The notes beneath the pieces were generated by a model, which did no database searches, was not told the origin of the DNA, and saw only the letters and a program-made list of their open reading frames with translations. A program made the position numbers and the translations under genes. This document shows, one piece after another, positions 29,817 to 41,210 of a DNA stretch of 64,000 nt (positions are counted from its first letter, which is position 1; every line of letters begins with the position of its first letter). Source of the DNA: Opitutales bacterium (GTDB lineage Bacteria; Verrucomicrobiota; Verrucomicrobiia; Opitutales; JAVBMG01); the NCBI GenBank assembly GCA_031552815.1, contig JAVBMG010000003.1, forward strand, positions 24,100-88,099. Reading direction: 5' to 3'.

Positions 29817-30872
29817 CTACCATTGTCCGGATAGCTTCTGGATCAGGAGACTGGAGACCGCAACACCGACCCAGACGAGCAGTCCGAGTACTATCGGTTT
29901 TATGCCGCTTTGCATCATTTTTCTGAAGTCGACGTTTAGTCCGATCGCGCTTAATGCAAGTATAATCAGGAATTTGCCCGAGACGGTCAGCCAATGAAGG
30001 ATTGATTCCGGCAGAACAGAGAAACTGTTTACGCAGGACGCTGCAAGAAAACCGAGAACAAACCAGGGGAAAACACGGATAATCAATGTTCCCGTACGGA
30101 GATGCTGCTGATCAGGATGTCGACATTCTTTTCTTTCAGCGTCTTTCTTTTTCTTTAAGGCAACAATCAACGCGGCAATAAGGCATATAGGAACAATAAG
30201 CGTTGTGCGGGCAAGCTTGACGACGGTAGCATAGTCACCCGATTCATTGCCGTAGGCATAGCCTGCCGCAACCACGGAAGAAGTATCGTTAATGGCGGTT
30301 CCTGCCCATAACCCGAAACCGCTTTGGGAAAGATGCATGAAATGCCCAAGAGCGGGAAACAACAATACGGCAATGACATTGAACAGAAAAACGGTGGCAA
30401 TGGAGTAAGCGATATCCTTGTCCTCAGCTTCAATGACCGGTGAAACGGCCGCAATGGCCGAACCTCCGCATATGGCGGTTCCGGCTCCGATCAGTGTCAG
30501 CAATTTGCCCGGGACTTTCAGTATTTTACCGAAAACGACAGCGCAAACGAATGCTACCGTCATGGTCATGAGCATGACCCCTAGCGATTCCTTGCCGACA
30601 TTCCAGACTTGTCTCAGGTTCATTCCGAACCCGATGAGTATGATGCTGTATTGGAGGCATTTCTTGGCTGAAAAACTGATCCCTTTGGTGGCCCGTTTGG
30701 GAAGCGGGTAAAGGAGTGAAAGCATGATACCGCCGACGATTCCGAATACGGCGCCACCGATCAAAGGAAAGCAATAACCGAGTACGGCAGCGGGTATCGC
30801 TACAGCCAGTGCGTAGCCGATGCCGAAATGGTGTTCATTCAACCAGTTGAATAATTTCTTTTGTGGTTTCAT
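29817..30872 (-). CDS. YeiH/UPF0324 putative sulfate exporter-family membrane protein
   Basis: GTAICGGSAIAA, GTAINDTSSVVAA, VKLART, PWFVLGF; multiple transmembrane helices. Confidence 0.88.
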   Translation of the reverse strand: MKPQKKLFNWLNEHHFGIGYALAVAIPAAVLGYCFPLIGGAVFGIVGGIMLSLLYPLPKRATKGISFSAKKCLQYSIILIGFGMNLRQVWNVGKESLGVMLMTMTVAFVCAVVFGKILKVPGKLLTLIGAGTAICGGSAIAAVSPVIEAEDKDIAYSIATVFLFNVIAVLLFPALGHFMHLSQSGFGLWAGTAINDTSSVVAAGYAYGNESGDYATVVKLARTTLIVPICLIAALIVALKKKKDAERKECRHPDQQHLRTGTLIIRVFPWFVLGFLAASCVNSFSVLPESILHWLTVSGKFLIILALSAIGLNVDFRKMMQSGIKPIVLGLLVWVGVAVSSLLIQKLSGQW

Positions 30873-31043
30873 GTGCGGAAAGGACCCAAGGGAAAGAGTG
30901 TACGGGTTTCATCCGCTTAATGAAGGAAATATTCATTTTATTTTTTGAATGTTACCGCCTGAAAGCAGTGGGAAAAACAAAGCGGCAAATTAAAATTTTA
31001 AATCCGTTTTGACAAGGAAGAGGCAGTTATTACGCTTTCTGCC

Positions 31044-32126
31044 ATGAAGAAATTCCCTTTGCTCTGTTGTGCGGCGATATTTTTTGCCGGGTGTTCCATG
31101 CTTCCTAAAAGCAGCGATACAGAAACTCCTCAATATTGCACCAGCATGGGGGAACTTTATTATGACGCGGATGTTTTTGACCAAAATGTGAAGATGGCTG
31201 AAGACTGGTATCTGCGCGCTGCAAAAAAACAGTATCCGCAGGCGATGTATGAACTGGGTTCGCTGTATAAGCACAATTACATGTACACAGGATCCGTGCG
31301 TGATATTCGCCGTTCCTTCAAGTGGCTGGAAGATGCCGCAGATAAAAATTATGCAGAGGCGGTAACCTCGATTGTCGAATACGAGTTGATGTTTGATACC
31401 GAAGCGCTGAAGAAAAGCGAACAGGAAGAATATTACCGGGGACGTCAGGTTTCCCAACTCAATCAGTTGAAGGAATGGGCTGACAAGGGCAACGCAATGG
31501 CAAAGTTCGGAGTGGCGCGGATTTATGCTTATAAAAACGGCGGAGCCTATCATTCGGAAGCATTGAATCTCCTGAAAGCGTCCGCCGAGGAAAACTATTT
31601 GCCGGCCGCATTTTATTATGCGCAGCTGAACAAGGACAGTGATGACATGGTAAATGCGCTGATTCAGATGGCCGACGAAAAGCGTTACCAGGCATTTGCG
31701 TATGCGAAGTTAAACGAACTGGCTGCCGAAGGCGAATTTACATTTTCCGACCTTCCCGAAAAAAATCAGCAGTTGTGCAGCCTGTTTTCTCCGCGCTACC
31801 GCTTTCACTACAACAAGAAAAACCTGACACCTGACGCGATGAACCGTATTCGCGAAACGTGGGTGATTGCCGCAAACAAAGGTTATTGGGGCGCCCAGGT
31901 CAGTCTGGCGGAGGAATACCTGACAGGCGGTTTGCTGTTCGCACAGGATTCCGTTGAGGGCTACAAGTGGTTCATCATTGCCAGAAAACAGTGGCAGAAT
32001 GCTTTTATGAACGAAGACGCGGTTGAGGTGATAAACAAGCTTTCCGTCGAGGAAAAAAGTGAGGCAATACAACAGGCAAAAGCCTGGTGGCAGGAAAACA
32101 AGGGGTTGTATCACGCAAGCGAATAG
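31044..32126 (+). CDS. Sel1-like repeat lipoprotein
   Basis: Lipobox FAGC; repeats such as AEDWYLRAAKKQYPQAMYELGSLY and AQVSLAEEYLTG..QDSVEGYKWF. Confidence 0.8.
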   Translation: MKKFPLLCCAAIFFAGCSMLPKSSDTETPQYCTSMGELYYDADVFDQNVKMAEDWYLRAAKKQYPQAMYELGSLYKHNYMYTGSVRDIRRSFKWLEDAADKNYAEAVTSIVEYELMFDTEALKKSEQEEYYRGRQVSQLNQLKEWADKGNAMAKFGVARIYAYKNGGAYHSEALNLLKASAEENYLPAAFYYAQLNKDSDDMVNALIQMADEKRYQAFAYAKLNELAAEGEFTFSDLPEKNQQLCSLFSPRYRFHYNKKNLTPDAMNRIRETWVIAANKGYWGAQVSLAEEYLTGGLLFAQDSVEGYKWFIIARKQWQNAFMNEDAVEVINKLSVEEKSEAIQQAKAWWQENKGLYHASE

Positions 32127-32159
32127 GCAAGGTCAACATTAACATTATTTAGGGCGTAC

Positions 32160-32203
32160 AGACGGTAACATGGGAAACCCACTGTTGCCGTCTTCCTGTT
32201 TTT
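32160..32203 (+). terminator. Hairpin of variant motif copies after the Sel1 gene
   Basis: AGACGGTAACA-TGGGAAACCCAC-TGTTGCCGTCT followed by TCCTGTTTTT. Confidence 0.6.
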
Positions 32204-32304
32204 GAACGATCGAATCACTGTCTTCCCGGGTTCTTAAATCTTTTTCCTCTCTTTTTTGCATGTTTTATGGTTTATTCTCTGGAATTTAACGTTTTATTTC
32301 CGAC

Positions 32305-33837
32305 ATGATTTCCGAACTCAGCAGACAATTGATTGATGAAATTCTGATGGCCCGCCAGTTTGTTTATGAAGTGGCCCAACCGACGCCGTTACAGAAAATG
32401 AATTTTGGAATCAATGCGGAGATTTATGTGAAACGGGAGGATCTTAGTCCGATCAATGCCTATAAGTGGCGCGGCGCCTGCAATTGCATGGCAGCACTTT
32501 CGACCGAACAGCTCGCCCGTGGCGTAGTGACGGCATCTGCAGGAAATCATGCGCAGGGCGTGGCGATTTCCGCAAAGCGTTTGGGAACCAAGGCGAAAAT
32601 CTTTATGCCGGTTTCCACGCCCAAGATGAAACAGCGGGCGGTAGCATTGCACGGAGGCGAGGCCGTTGAAATCTGTCTGCATGGCGAAAGCTTTGATGCT
32701 GCGTCCAAGCGTGCGCTGGAAGTGGCAACGGCGGAAGGGAAAGCCTTTGTGCATCCTTATGACGATGTGAAGTCAATCGCCGGGCAGGGAACCATTGCGG
32801 ATGAAATTGTCATGTCCGGAGTGGGGGAATTCGATGTGGCATTTTTACAAATTGGCGGTGGCGGATTGGCCGCCGGTGTGGGTGCGTGGCTAAAGAAGTT
32901 TTATCCGAATATAAAACTGATTGGTGTGGAAGGAACGGATCAAGCTTCCATGAAGGCTGCTTTTCAGGCAGGAAAGCCTGTGACTTTGGATTATCTGGAT
33001 GTGTTTTGTGATGGTACCGCCGTGCGCCGGGCAGGGGACATTACCTTTCCGATTTGCCGTGAATTGTTGGATGATATTGTCACGGTAACAAACAACGAGG
33101 TTTGCGTGGCAATCCAGAAGCTCTGGGAAGCATGCCGTTGCATACCGGAACCGGCCGGGGCTTTGGGTCTGGCGGGATTGCTCAAGCATAAGGAACTGCT
33201 TGCCGGCAAACGCGCGTTGGTCATTGTCTCCGGTGCTAATATGGATTTCAGCCAGTTCACGCGTGTGTCAAACGGGGCAATGCTTGGTTCTGCGGATCGC
33301 AAATTTTTGCGTTTTCAGATAGATGAGAGTCCCGGTTCGCTTTTCAACCTTATTCAGGACACCCTGAATGGTATCAGTATTGTTGATTTCCAGTATGGAC
33401 AGGCTTCCGAAAATGAGGCGTGGCCAACGCTTGGCATACAGGTTTGTCCGCATGAATGGGAGCATCTGAAAAAGAAAATGGATGCTGCCGCCGTGCGTTA
33501 TGAGGATGTTACCGGCGATCCCGATGTGGAGTTTCGTATGATTTCCTTCAATCCGCTTTTATGCAAGTATCCGCTGTTTATGACGCTGGAGTTTCATGAA
33601 CGGGCAGGGGCGCTTTCCGATTTTCTTGCAGCTACACAGAAGGATTCAAAGGCGAATATCTGTTATTTCAATTACAGTTATACCGGTGAGCGGGTGGGAC
33701 GCGTACTGATCGGCTTTGATTTTAAAACGGATGCTGAACGTATTTACTTCCGTACAGTCATGGCGGAAAGCAAATCAAGCTACCGTGCATTCAAGGAAAT
33801 CGCGCCGCATGTCTTTGAGCGGATTGTAAAAGGGTAG
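32305..33837 (+). CDS. ilvA: Threonine ammonia-lyase, biosynthetic
   Basis: KREDL..AYKWRGA (PLP lysine), SAGNHAQG, HPYDD..IAGQGT, IGGGGL, EPAGA, C-terminal regulatory domains (ERAGAL). Confidence 0.9.
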   Translation: MISELSRQLIDEILMARQFVYEVAQPTPLQKMNFGINAEIYVKREDLSPINAYKWRGACNCMAALSTEQLARGVVTASAGNHAQGVAISAKRLGTKAKIFMPVSTPKMKQRAVALHGGEAVEICLHGESFDAASKRALEVATAEGKAFVHPYDDVKSIAGQGTIADEIVMSGVGEFDVAFLQIGGGGLAAGVGAWLKKFYPNIKLIGVEGTDQASMKAAFQAGKPVTLDYLDVFCDGTAVRRAGDITFPICRELLDDIVTVTNNEVCVAIQKLWEACRCIPEPAGALGLAGLLKHKELLAGKRALVIVSGANMDFSQFTRVSNGAMLGSADRKFLRFQIDESPGSLFNLIQDTLNGISIVDFQYGQASENEAWPTLGIQVCPHEWEHLKKKMDAAAVRYEDVTGDPDVEFRMISFNPLLCKYPLFMTLEFHERAGALSDFLAATQKDSKANICYFNYSYTGERVGRVLIGFDFKTDAERIYFRTVMAESKSSYRAFKEIAPHVFERIVKG

Positions 33838-33886
33838 TTTGTTTGTTCAGAGAAAATCCTTTAATTTAAGCCATTTTCCCATGGCT

Positions 33887-34123
33887 TTAATCCAACAGGC
33901 GGCCTTCTCTCATTTTGGGATCAAACCGTTTTCTCCATTCAAAAGCCTCTTTGTCGTCATCTTCGCATACAGGCGCTTCCCATGTTTTACCCCAATCATA
34001 TGATGCTTTGTTGTAAAAGCCATCACTTCCGGTTGACTCTGAAAGCATCTCGCTTGAACTATGTTGGCAACCGGTATAGAGCGACAGGAAAACAGCAAAA
34101 ACAAATGTGTAGATACATCTCAT
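33887..34123 (-). CDS. Small putative lipoprotein
   Basis: 78 aa, hydrophobic N-terminus ending LYTGC. Confidence 0.5.
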   Translation of the reverse strand: MRCIYTFVFAVFLSLYTGCQHSSSEMLSESTGSDGFYNKASYDWGKTWEAPVCEDDDKEAFEWRKRFDPKMREGRLLD

Positions 34124-34223
34124 TGACGCTTCATCAATGCTATGCGTTCGAATGAGACAAGCAAGTCTTTTAGTTTACGGAAAGAGGGTATCCATCCGGT
34201 AGGCGGTAACATGTTGTTGCCGT

Positions 34224-34256
34224 AAAAAAACTTCCCGCATTTATCGGGAAGTTTTT
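34224..34256 (-). terminator. Terminator downstream of the tRNA
   Basis: AAAAAAACTTCCCG-CATTTAT-CGGGAAGTTTTT. Confidence 0.8.
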
Positions 34257-34260
34257 AAAT

Positions 34261-34336
<76 letters not shown>

Positions 34337-34534
34337 GCAAAAGAAGTTAATTGTTAAATGCGATAAGGGGGAATCACTCAAGAAAAAACTGCTTTCAAGG
34401 AACGATTCTCATCAATGAGGTCTTTTCAGGTCGTTCTTCTTGCAGGAGTTTAAAATTACACTGGGGCCGTATTATCCTGATTTTATCATTAATAAGGCCC
34501 ACCTCTCATGAGGTGGGCCGATTATTATTCATCT

Positions 34535-35038
34535 TTAGTACCGCGTTACTTCCCCGATCGTTTGGAATGCGGAATTGTAGATGGTTTTAATCTTAAGTTC
34601 TACGGTGTTTGCGGCTTTTATCCCGGGAGATAATTTTATGACCACCCGGTTGATTGCAGTGGGACTGTTTTCATAGGCATAATGCTGTCCGAAAATCACG
34701 TCCCTGCCGTTTTGGCGTTGGTATATCTGATAAATAATCCCATTGTTTCCGGTACCGTATTGCTGATAGGTCAAGACGACTTGAGCTTCGTTGTCCTGAA
34801 TGTTCCATAACGGGTATGATGTGGGAACACAACCGTAACGGGAGTAAGTCCAGCTAAAGTCAAAACAACGCCAGAATAGATTCGGCCTGTTATTATAATA
34901 GTTCGATACGCTCCAGCTATACTGGTTATCGTCGGCAGCTGTTTCCGTGCTCCAGGGTGGTTTGACTGCGGCGCTTGCCGATAGCGAAGAGGCGGCAACC
35001 ATGGCCAGCAATAATCCGAAGTTAATTAATTTTCTCAT
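34535..35038 (-). CDS. Hypothetical secreted protein
   Basis: 167 aa, signal peptide ending ASA-AV, aromatic-rich; hairpin GGCCCACCTC-TCAT-GAGGTGGGCC just downstream (~34496-34519). Confidence 0.7.
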   Translation of the reverse strand: MRKLINFGLLLAMVAASSLSASAAVKPPWSTETAADDNQYSWSVSNYYNNRPNLFWRCFDFSWTYSRYGCVPTSYPLWNIQDNEAQVVLTYQQYGTGNNGIIYQIYQRQNGRDVIFGQHYAYENSPTAINRVVIKLSPGIKAANTVELKIKTIYNSAFQTIGEVTRY

Positions 35039-35160
35039 ATATTCTTTGGTTCGTTTTGTTCAATCTTACGTTTAACAGGGGTATGTTATTCACCTTATTT
35101 CACTCTAGTCAACATAGTTTATGGATTTGGATTATTACATACGCTTTTTCTGATTAATAA

Positions 35161-35196
35161 TGCAAAAAACCTACCGTTGTCGGTAGGTTTTTTGCA
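35161..35196 (-). terminator. Terminator after the aminopeptidase gene
   Basis: TGCAAAAAACCTACCG-TTGT-CGGTAGGTTTTTTGCA; the stem contains the CTACCG/CGGTAG core. Confidence 0.8.
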
Positions 35197-35239
35197 TATT
35201 TGTGATCTGTCTGAAAATCGTTCAGATTTTCCTGATAAG

Positions 35240-36340
35240 TTACCAGTTAAGCGGTTTCAGATCGTCGTGAATGAACTGTCCGTCCTTGCGGATCAATTCT
35301 CCGTCGAAGTAAATTTCACCGCCGCCATAGTCAGGACGCTGGATGGAAACGAGATCCCAGTGCACCTGTGATTTATTTCCGTTATCCGTTTCTCCTTCGT
35401 AGGCCTGGCCCGGAGTGAAGTGGAAGCTGCCGGCAATTTTTTCGTCAAAAAGAATGTCGCGCATCGGATGAAGGATCTCGCGGTTAAAGCCGATGGCGAA
35501 TTCACCGATGTAGCGCGCGCCTTCATCGGAATCAAGAATAGCATTGATAGCTGGCGTATTGTTGGCGGTCGCATGGATAATTTTGCCGTCCTTGAATTCA
35601 AGGCGGACGTTATCAAAGGCGATTCCGCGATACACAGTCGGAGCATTGTAAGTGATATAGCCTTGTACGTTATTGCGGACAGGAGCGGAATAAACTTCGC
35701 CGTCGGGAATATTGAAATGACCATCGCATATCTTTGACTTTATGCCGTCGAGGCTGAAACGGAGATCCGTACCCGGTCCCTTGATGTGAACGTCCTTGGC
35801 TGCATCCATACGTTTTTTGAGGGCATTCATGGCTGGGACGAGGGAAGGGTAGTCGAGCAGGCATACACGGAAGTAGAAATCTTCAAAGGCTTCCGTGCTG
35901 ATTCCTGCCTGTTGCGCCATGGACGGGTTGGGCCAACGGAGAACACACCATTTTGTTTTCTGAACGCGATGGTCAAGGACGGGCATCATTTTTCCCTGGA
36001 CGAGGCCCATTTTGTCGGAAGGTACGTCGGAGGACTCATAGATGTTACCGGCCCCGCGGATCGCAATGTATGCCTGCACACCTTGCATCTGGGCGAGGGC
36101 ATTTTTTGCGATGAATTCATATTGTGTGGCGGTAGCATCCATCATCATTTCGCGCGAAATGCGGCTTTGGTTTATCTGGATGAAGGGATCGGCCCCGACA
36201 GCACGTGCTGCGCGGATGAGTGCGATACCGACAGATTCGGGAACATCAAAAAGGTCGATCAGTATGCGTTCTCCTTTTTTGAGGGAGACGGAGTAATTGA
36301 TAAGTTGTTTGGCGAGAGCGTCTATACGGTTGTCGTGCAT
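35240..36340 (-). CDS. Aminopeptidase, M29 (AmpS/aminopeptidase II) family
   Basis: [37 protein letters not shown]. Confidence 0.9.
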   Translation of the reverse strand: MHDNRIDALAKQLINYSVSLKKGERILIDLFDVPESVGIALIRAARAVGADPFIQINQSRISREMMMDATATQYEFIAKNALAQMQGVQAYIAIRGAGNIYESSDVPSDKMGLVQGKMMPVLDHRVQKTKWCVLRWPNPSMAQQAGISTEAFEDFYFRVCLLDYPSLVPAMNALKKRMDAAKDVHIKGPGTDLRFSLDGIKSKICDGHFNIPDGEVYSAPVRNNVQGYITYNAPTVYRGIAFDNVRLEFKDGKIIHATANNTPAINAILDSDEGARYIGEFAIGFNREILHPMRDILFDEKIAGSFHFTPGQAYEGETDNGNKSQVHWDLVSIQRPDYGGGEIYFDGELIRKDGQFIHDDLKPLNW

Positions 36341-36373
36341 GGATGATGTGTTTTTACGGTTATGAACGTGTCT

Positions 36374-37405
36374 TTAAATGAGCTTTGGCTGTTTCGGATG
36401 ATCCTTGAAGGGTTCAAGTTCCAGGACGCTCCAGCCTTTGTCAGTGAGCGCTCGCCCCTGAGGGGTGCGCTGAATGTAACCTTCCTGAATAAGGAAAGGT
36501 TCGTGAACCTCCTCGAGGGTTTGCTCTTCCTCGCCGACGGCAACAGCAATGGTTCCCAATCCTACAGGTCCGCCACGGTAATTATTCGCCATCAGCGATA
36601 GAATTCGCTTATCCATTTCATCAAGGCCGAATTTATCGATTTCGAGCAATTCCAGTGCCGCCGATGCTACCGTTTGATTGATGCTGCCATTAGCCCGTTG
36701 CTGCGCGTAATCGCGGACAAACTGGACAAGGTTATTGGCGATGCGCGGTGTCCCTCTGGCCCGTCCGGCAATTTCATCAGCGCCCGTCGGATCGCAGGAA
36801 ATTTTCAGAATATTGGCGGATCGCAGGATGATTTTCTTCAACTGGTCGCGTCCATAGTAGTCAAGACGGGTTTGCAGCGTGAAGCGGCTGCGCAACGGAG
36901 CCGTAAGCAATCCTGTTCGCGTGGTTGCCCCGATGAGCGTAAAACGCGGGATATTGAGGCGTACGCTGCGGGCATTCGGTCCCTGATCGATCATGATGTC
37001 GATGCGGAAGTCCTCCATTGCCGAATAGAGATATTCCTCCACGTTTTTGGGGATACGGTGAATTTCGTCGATAAAAAGCAGATCGCCTTCTTCCAGGCTG
37101 GTAAGCAATCCGGCGAGGTCGCTGGGACGTTCAATCACCGGGCCGGAGGTGATGCGTACGTTTTTCTTCATCTCGTTGCCGAGAATGAGGGCCAGCGTCG
37201 TTTTTCCCAGTCCCGGAGGTCCGTGAAGCAGGATATGGCTCAAAGGATCGCCGCGTGCGACTGCCGCCCCGACCATGACCTGAAGACGTTCAATGGTCTT
37301 TGGTTGCCCGGTGAAATCGTCAAACGATAAAGGGCGTAAAATCGACTCCTGATTATTTTCCGGCTTGTTGAACTGATCCTGTAAATGCTGTGCGCCTTTG
37401 CTCAT
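36374..37405 (-). CDS. ruvB: Holliday junction branch migration helicase RuvB
   Basis: LRP..FDDFTGQ, GPPGLGKTTLA, FIDEIHR, GATTR, RGTPRIAN, EPFL..RTPQGR. Confidence 0.97.
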   Translation of the reverse strand: MSKGAQHLQDQFNKPENNQESILRPLSFDDFTGQPKTIERLQVMVGAAVARGDPLSHILLHGPPGLGKTTLALILGNEMKKNVRITSGPVIERPSDLAGLLTSLEEGDLLFIDEIHRIPKNVEEYLYSAMEDFRIDIMIDQGPNARSVRLNIPRFTLIGATTRTGLLTAPLRSRFTLQTRLDYYGRDQLKKIILRSANILKISCDPTGADEIAGRARGTPRIANNLVQFVRDYAQQRANGSINQTVASAALELLEIDKFGLDEMDKRILSLMANNYRGGPVGLGTIAVAVGEEEQTLEEVHEPFLIQEGYIQRTPQGRALTDKGWSVLELEPFKDHPKQPKLI

Positions 37406-37475
37406 TAAAGAAAACTACACTATGGCACTTATTGTTTGGCAAGAGAGAAAGTGGACGGAGGAAAAGGAAACAGTT

Positions 37476-37504
37476 CCGAACGGTAGCATGATGTTACCGT
37501 TCGG
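37476..37504. terminator. Motif-pair hairpin between mscL and ruvB
   Basis: CCGAA-CGGTAGCAT-G-ATGTTACCG-TTCGG; no strong adjacent U-tract. Confidence 0.6.
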
Positions 37505-37533
37505 GTAAAAATGGTGTTAAAACCTTTGCGGTT

Positions 37534-37989
37534 CTACTTGTTCTGCTGAGCTTTCAGCAGATCGCGGATTTCTGTCAATAGCAGTTCTTCCTTGCTTGGC
37601 GGAGGCGGTACGGCAGCGGCCTCAGCAGCTTTTCTTTTTGCTTCGCTTTCACCGAATTCGGAAAGACGGTTTACTAGTTTTATAATGACAAATATACAGA
37701 AAGAAATGATGAGGAAATTAACGATGGTATCAATGAATGCTCCGTATTTCAGCACCGGCGCTCCTGCGGCTTCGGCGGCAGCAAGTGTCTCATAAGGAAC
37801 ACTTGAGAGATTGATGAAAAGCTGGTTGAACTGTACTTTTCCGAGAGCAAGGCCGACAATCGGCATGATGACATCGGAAACCAGTGATGCCGTGATCTTT
37901 CCGAATGCGCCGCCAATGATGACACCGACTGCGAGATCAAGCACGTTGCCTCGCATAATGAATTTTTTGAATTCCTGAATGAAGTTCAT
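37534..37989 (-). CDS. mscL: Large-conductance mechanosensitive channel
   Basis: [36 protein letters not shown]. Confidence 0.96.
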   Translation of the reverse strand: MNFIQEFKKFIMRGNVLDLAVGVIIGGAFGKITASLVSDVIMPIVGLALGKVQFNQLFINLSSVPYETLAAAEAAGAPVLKYGAFIDTIVNFLIISFCIFVIIKLVNRLSEFGESEAKRKAAEAAAVPPPPSKEELLLTEIRDLLKAQQNK

Positions 37990-38167
37990 ATTTAGAAGTG
38001 TAGGATTGTGTTAAAAATAGGGCCGTTTTTCTGAATAATCAAGCCGTGTTAAGGGAAAAAAAGGAGAAGGCAAGCATGTTTATCCAGACAGTGAATCCGC
38101 AGTGTTGTTTTAGAGTTATCATTTCACTTCTTGCAGAAAGTAAGGAACTGTTTATCGTGATAGCTTT

Positions 38168-41074
38168 ATGAATTTCAAAAAATTGCTTGTATTTATGAGT
38201 TTTGCTTCTGCTGCTTTCACATTAAGTCTTAAATCAATGGCGGGAGAAACCGCCTGTGACTTAAATGGACAAAAGGCAGTGGCATCTGATCCCGCGGTGC
38301 TTTGGGGAAAACTGGATAACGGTTTCTCCTATGCGATAATGAAAAACAGTTATCCGCCGGAAAGAGTGAGCGTGCGTCTGATGGTGCGGATCGGCTCCCT
38401 CATGGAGAAGGATAACGAGCAGGGTATGGCCCATTACCTTGAGCATCTTGCGTTCGGCGGAAGCAAACATTTTGCGCCGGGTACGCTGATTTCGGAATTT
38501 CAGAAAATGGGTATGTCTTTTGGCGGAGATACCAATGCATACACGAGTTTTGACCGGACAGTATATATGCTGGAATTGCCGAAAGGCGATGATGATTCCA
38601 TGAAAAAGGCCCTCACAATCATGCGTGATTATGCCGACGGGTTGCTGTTAAAGGAAGAAACCGTTGAAAAAGAACGCGGTATCATACTCAGTGAATTGCG
38701 CGACCGTGAAACGGTCGATTACAGGCAAATGAAGGCGCAATATGATTTTGTGTTTGACGGGACCATGATACCTAAACGTTTTCCGATCGGTGTTGCGTCA
38801 GTGATCAGGGAAGTGAAGGCGCCGGATTTCCGTCGCTTTTATGACGAATGGTACCGTTCGGATCTGATGACGCTTGTCATTGCAGGCAATGTTGTGCCTG
38901 CACAGGCAGAGAAACTGGTACGGGAAGCATTTGAATCGATGACCGCGAAGGGAAAACTGGAATGGAAACTGGAGGATGGCGAAAAATGCGGAAATGGAGC
39001 AAAAACGCCGGTGTTTGTCTTCGAAAAGCCTCTTGTTCCGGAAAACAGACAGATTAAGACAGAAGGCTTATTGGCAAAAGTACACCGCGAGCCGGAAGCA
39101 AACCAGGTTACCGTTTCGATAATGACCGTTCGTCCGTATGTGTGGGAAGCCGATACGGTAGATTACCGCCGTCAGGATATTACGCGTTACATGGCATATT
39201 CAATGTTACAGAAACGCTTCCGCGAACTTCAGGAGAAAGAAGGCAGCACTTTTCTGGGTGCCTACGCGTATACCACGAATTTCCTGAATCATAGCCAGTT
39301 GGCAAACGTGACGGTAGCATCGGACAAGGATCGTTGGCGCGATGCGGTTCAGGTTGCAGAAAATGAGTTACGCCGGGTGCTGGAATTCGGTTTTAACCAG
39401 GATGAACTGGATTTCGTGAAGGCTGACATGCTGCGTTATTTTGAGCAGCAGGCTGCTGCTGCCAGCACGCGCGAAAACCCGGACCTGGCAAACGGTATCA
39501 TCGATACGCTTTACGAACGGCATACGTTCAGCAGTCCGCAAGATGATTTGAATCTGCTCAAAGCAGTGCTTCCGGAAATCACCCTTGAAGGATGCAAGTC
39601 CCTGTTCGCCGAGGATTGGAACGGTTTGGGCCGCAGGGTTTTCATTGTCGGCAATTTTGCCGAAAACGAGGTAACCGATGCTACCGCGATGGCGCTTTAT
39701 GAGGAAGCTGCAAAGAAGCCGCTGACAGCGCTTGCCGAGACAACAGTCTCAGCGTTTGCTTATACATCCTTCGGCGAAGCCGGTAAAATTGTAAAACGTG
39801 AAAGCATCAAGGATTTGAGTATTGAGAAAGTAACGTTTGAAAACGGAGTCAATCTGGTCATCAAGAAAACCGATTTCCAGGCAAACAAGATTTCCGTTCG
39901 TGCCCGTATCGGCGGCGGTATTCTGGAAATTCCGGCGAATAAGGAAGGGATAAATCTTTACCTCGACAGGACATTTATTGACGGCGGTCTGGAAAAGCAC
40001 AGCCGCGAGGATTTGAAGAAACTGTTTGCGAGCAAGAATGTCGGCGTAAATTTCCGCACAGACAGTGATAGTTTCATTCTGGAAGGTGATACCACGCCTG
40101 AAGACTTTCTTACCGAATGCCAGTTGCTGGCTGCTTATGCTACCGCACCCGGTTTCCGCGATGAAAGTGAGCGTTTGTTCAAGCGCGGAATATCCGCAAT
40201 GTATCTGAAACTCAATCAATCTGCGGAAGGCGTTTGGCAGAAGAACGGTTTGCGTTATTTGCTCAATGATGATTTCCGCTTTGGCATTCCTGACGAAGCA
40301 AAACTGCTTGCCTATGACAATGCTATGGCAAAAGCCTTTCTGGCGGAAACTCTGAAGCACGGTAACATGGAAATCGCGATTGTCGGTGATTGCGATCCGG
40401 AAGCAGTGATAAAGGGTGTGGCGCAGACATTCGGCGCTTTGCAGAAACGGAACCTGCGGAAGGATTTTTCGGCACAGGAAAAAGTATCCGTGCGTTCGGG
40501 CGGCAGCATGAAAATCTTTGAATACCCGAGCGAACTGCCGCGGTCATTGGTCGCAATGAGTTGGAGAACAGCCAATTCAAAGGACATTCATTTGCACAGA
40601 CAGCTTTCGCTGCTTTCCAGTATCCTTGACGACCGTTTGCGTGTTGAGCTGAGGGAAGCATTGGGTGAGGCCTACAGTCCGTATGCCTATCGTTTTTCAA
40701 GGAAGACTTTTGATGTCGGGTTCCAGATCGCGATCAGCTTGCTGCGTCCTGAACAAACAGACTCTGTCGTCGAATTGATAAAGAAAATCGGTCGGGACAT
40801 GGCTGAAAAAGGTGTGACCCAGGATGAGTTTGACCGCGCCTTAAACCCATTGCTGACAGAGGTTCGCGCCACGGTAAAAACGAATCCGTTCTGGATGGAC
40901 ACCATCAGCAATTCGACGCTTTATCCTGACCAGATTGATAACTCGCGGACAGTTGTGAGTGAGTACGAGGGCATGGATATCGGAACAATGAATACGCTGG
41001 CAAAACGTTATTTTATGGCGGAAAACAGTATCGGTATCATTGTTCGTCCTGCAGCAAAACCCGAAAACCAATAA
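38168..41074 (+). CDS. M16-family (PqqL-like) zinc protease, secreted
   Basis: GKLDNG, GSLME, inverted zinc motif HYLEH, NAYTSFDRTVY, ERGII; signal peptide. Confidence 0.9.
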   Translation: MNFKKLLVFMSFASAAFTLSLKSMAGETACDLNGQKAVASDPAVLWGKLDNGFSYAIMKNSYPPERVSVRLMVRIGSLMEKDNEQGMAHYLEHLAFGGSKHFAPGTLISEFQKMGMSFGGDTNAYTSFDRTVYMLELPKGDDDSMKKALTIMRDYADGLLLKEETVEKERGIILSELRDRETVDYRQMKAQYDFVFDGTMIPKRFPIGVASVIREVKAPDFRRFYDEWYRSDLMTLVIAGNVVPAQAEKLVREAFESMTAKGKLEWKLEDGEKCGNGAKTPVFVFEKPLVPENRQIKTEGLLAKVHREPEANQVTVSIMTVRPYVWEADTVDYRRQDITRYMAYSMLQKRFRELQEKEGSTFLGAYAYTTNFLNHSQLANVTVASDKDRWRDAVQVAENELRRVLEFGFNQDELDFVKADMLRYFEQQAAAASTRENPDLANGIIDTLYERHTFSSPQDDLNLLKAVLPEITLEGCKSLFAEDWNGLGRRVFIVGNFAENEVTDATAMALYEEAAKKPLTALAETTVSAFAYTSFGEAGKIVKRESIKDLSIEKVTFENGVNLVIKKTDFQANKISVRARIGGGILEIPANKEGINLYLDRTFIDGGLEKHSREDLKKLFASKNVGVNFRTDSDSFILEGDTTPEDFLTECQLLAAYATAPGFRDESERLFKRGISAMYLKLNQSAEGVWQKNGLRYLLNDDFRFGIPDEAKLLAYDNAMAKAFLAETLKHGNMEIAIVGDCDPEAVIKGVAQTFGALQKRNLRKDFSAQEKVSVRSGGSMKIFEYPSELPRSLVAMSWRTANSKDIHLHRQLSLLSSILDDRLRVELREALGEAYSPYAYRFSRKTFDVGFQIAISLLRPEQTDSVVELIKKIGRDMAEKGVTQDEFDRALNPLLTEVRATVKTNPFWMDTISNSTLYPDQIDNSRTVVSEYEGMDIGTMNTLAKRYFMAENSIGIIVRPAAKPENQ

Positions 41075-41084
41075 GCCGATTACG

Positions 41085-41113
41085 GGCGGTAGCATGGTTC
41101 ATGCTGCCGTTTT
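41085..41113 (+). terminator. Motif-pair hairpin after the M16 protease gene
   Basis: GG-CGGTAGCAT-GGTTC-ATGCTGCCG-TTTT. Confidence 0.7.
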
Positions 41114-41210
41114 GCCCGGAAAATCCATAGATCGGATTTGGTCCGGAAACATGTTTAAAAATTTGCCAAAACAACGGATACGGTTTTACTTTCCGCTTTA
41201 ATTATTTTTT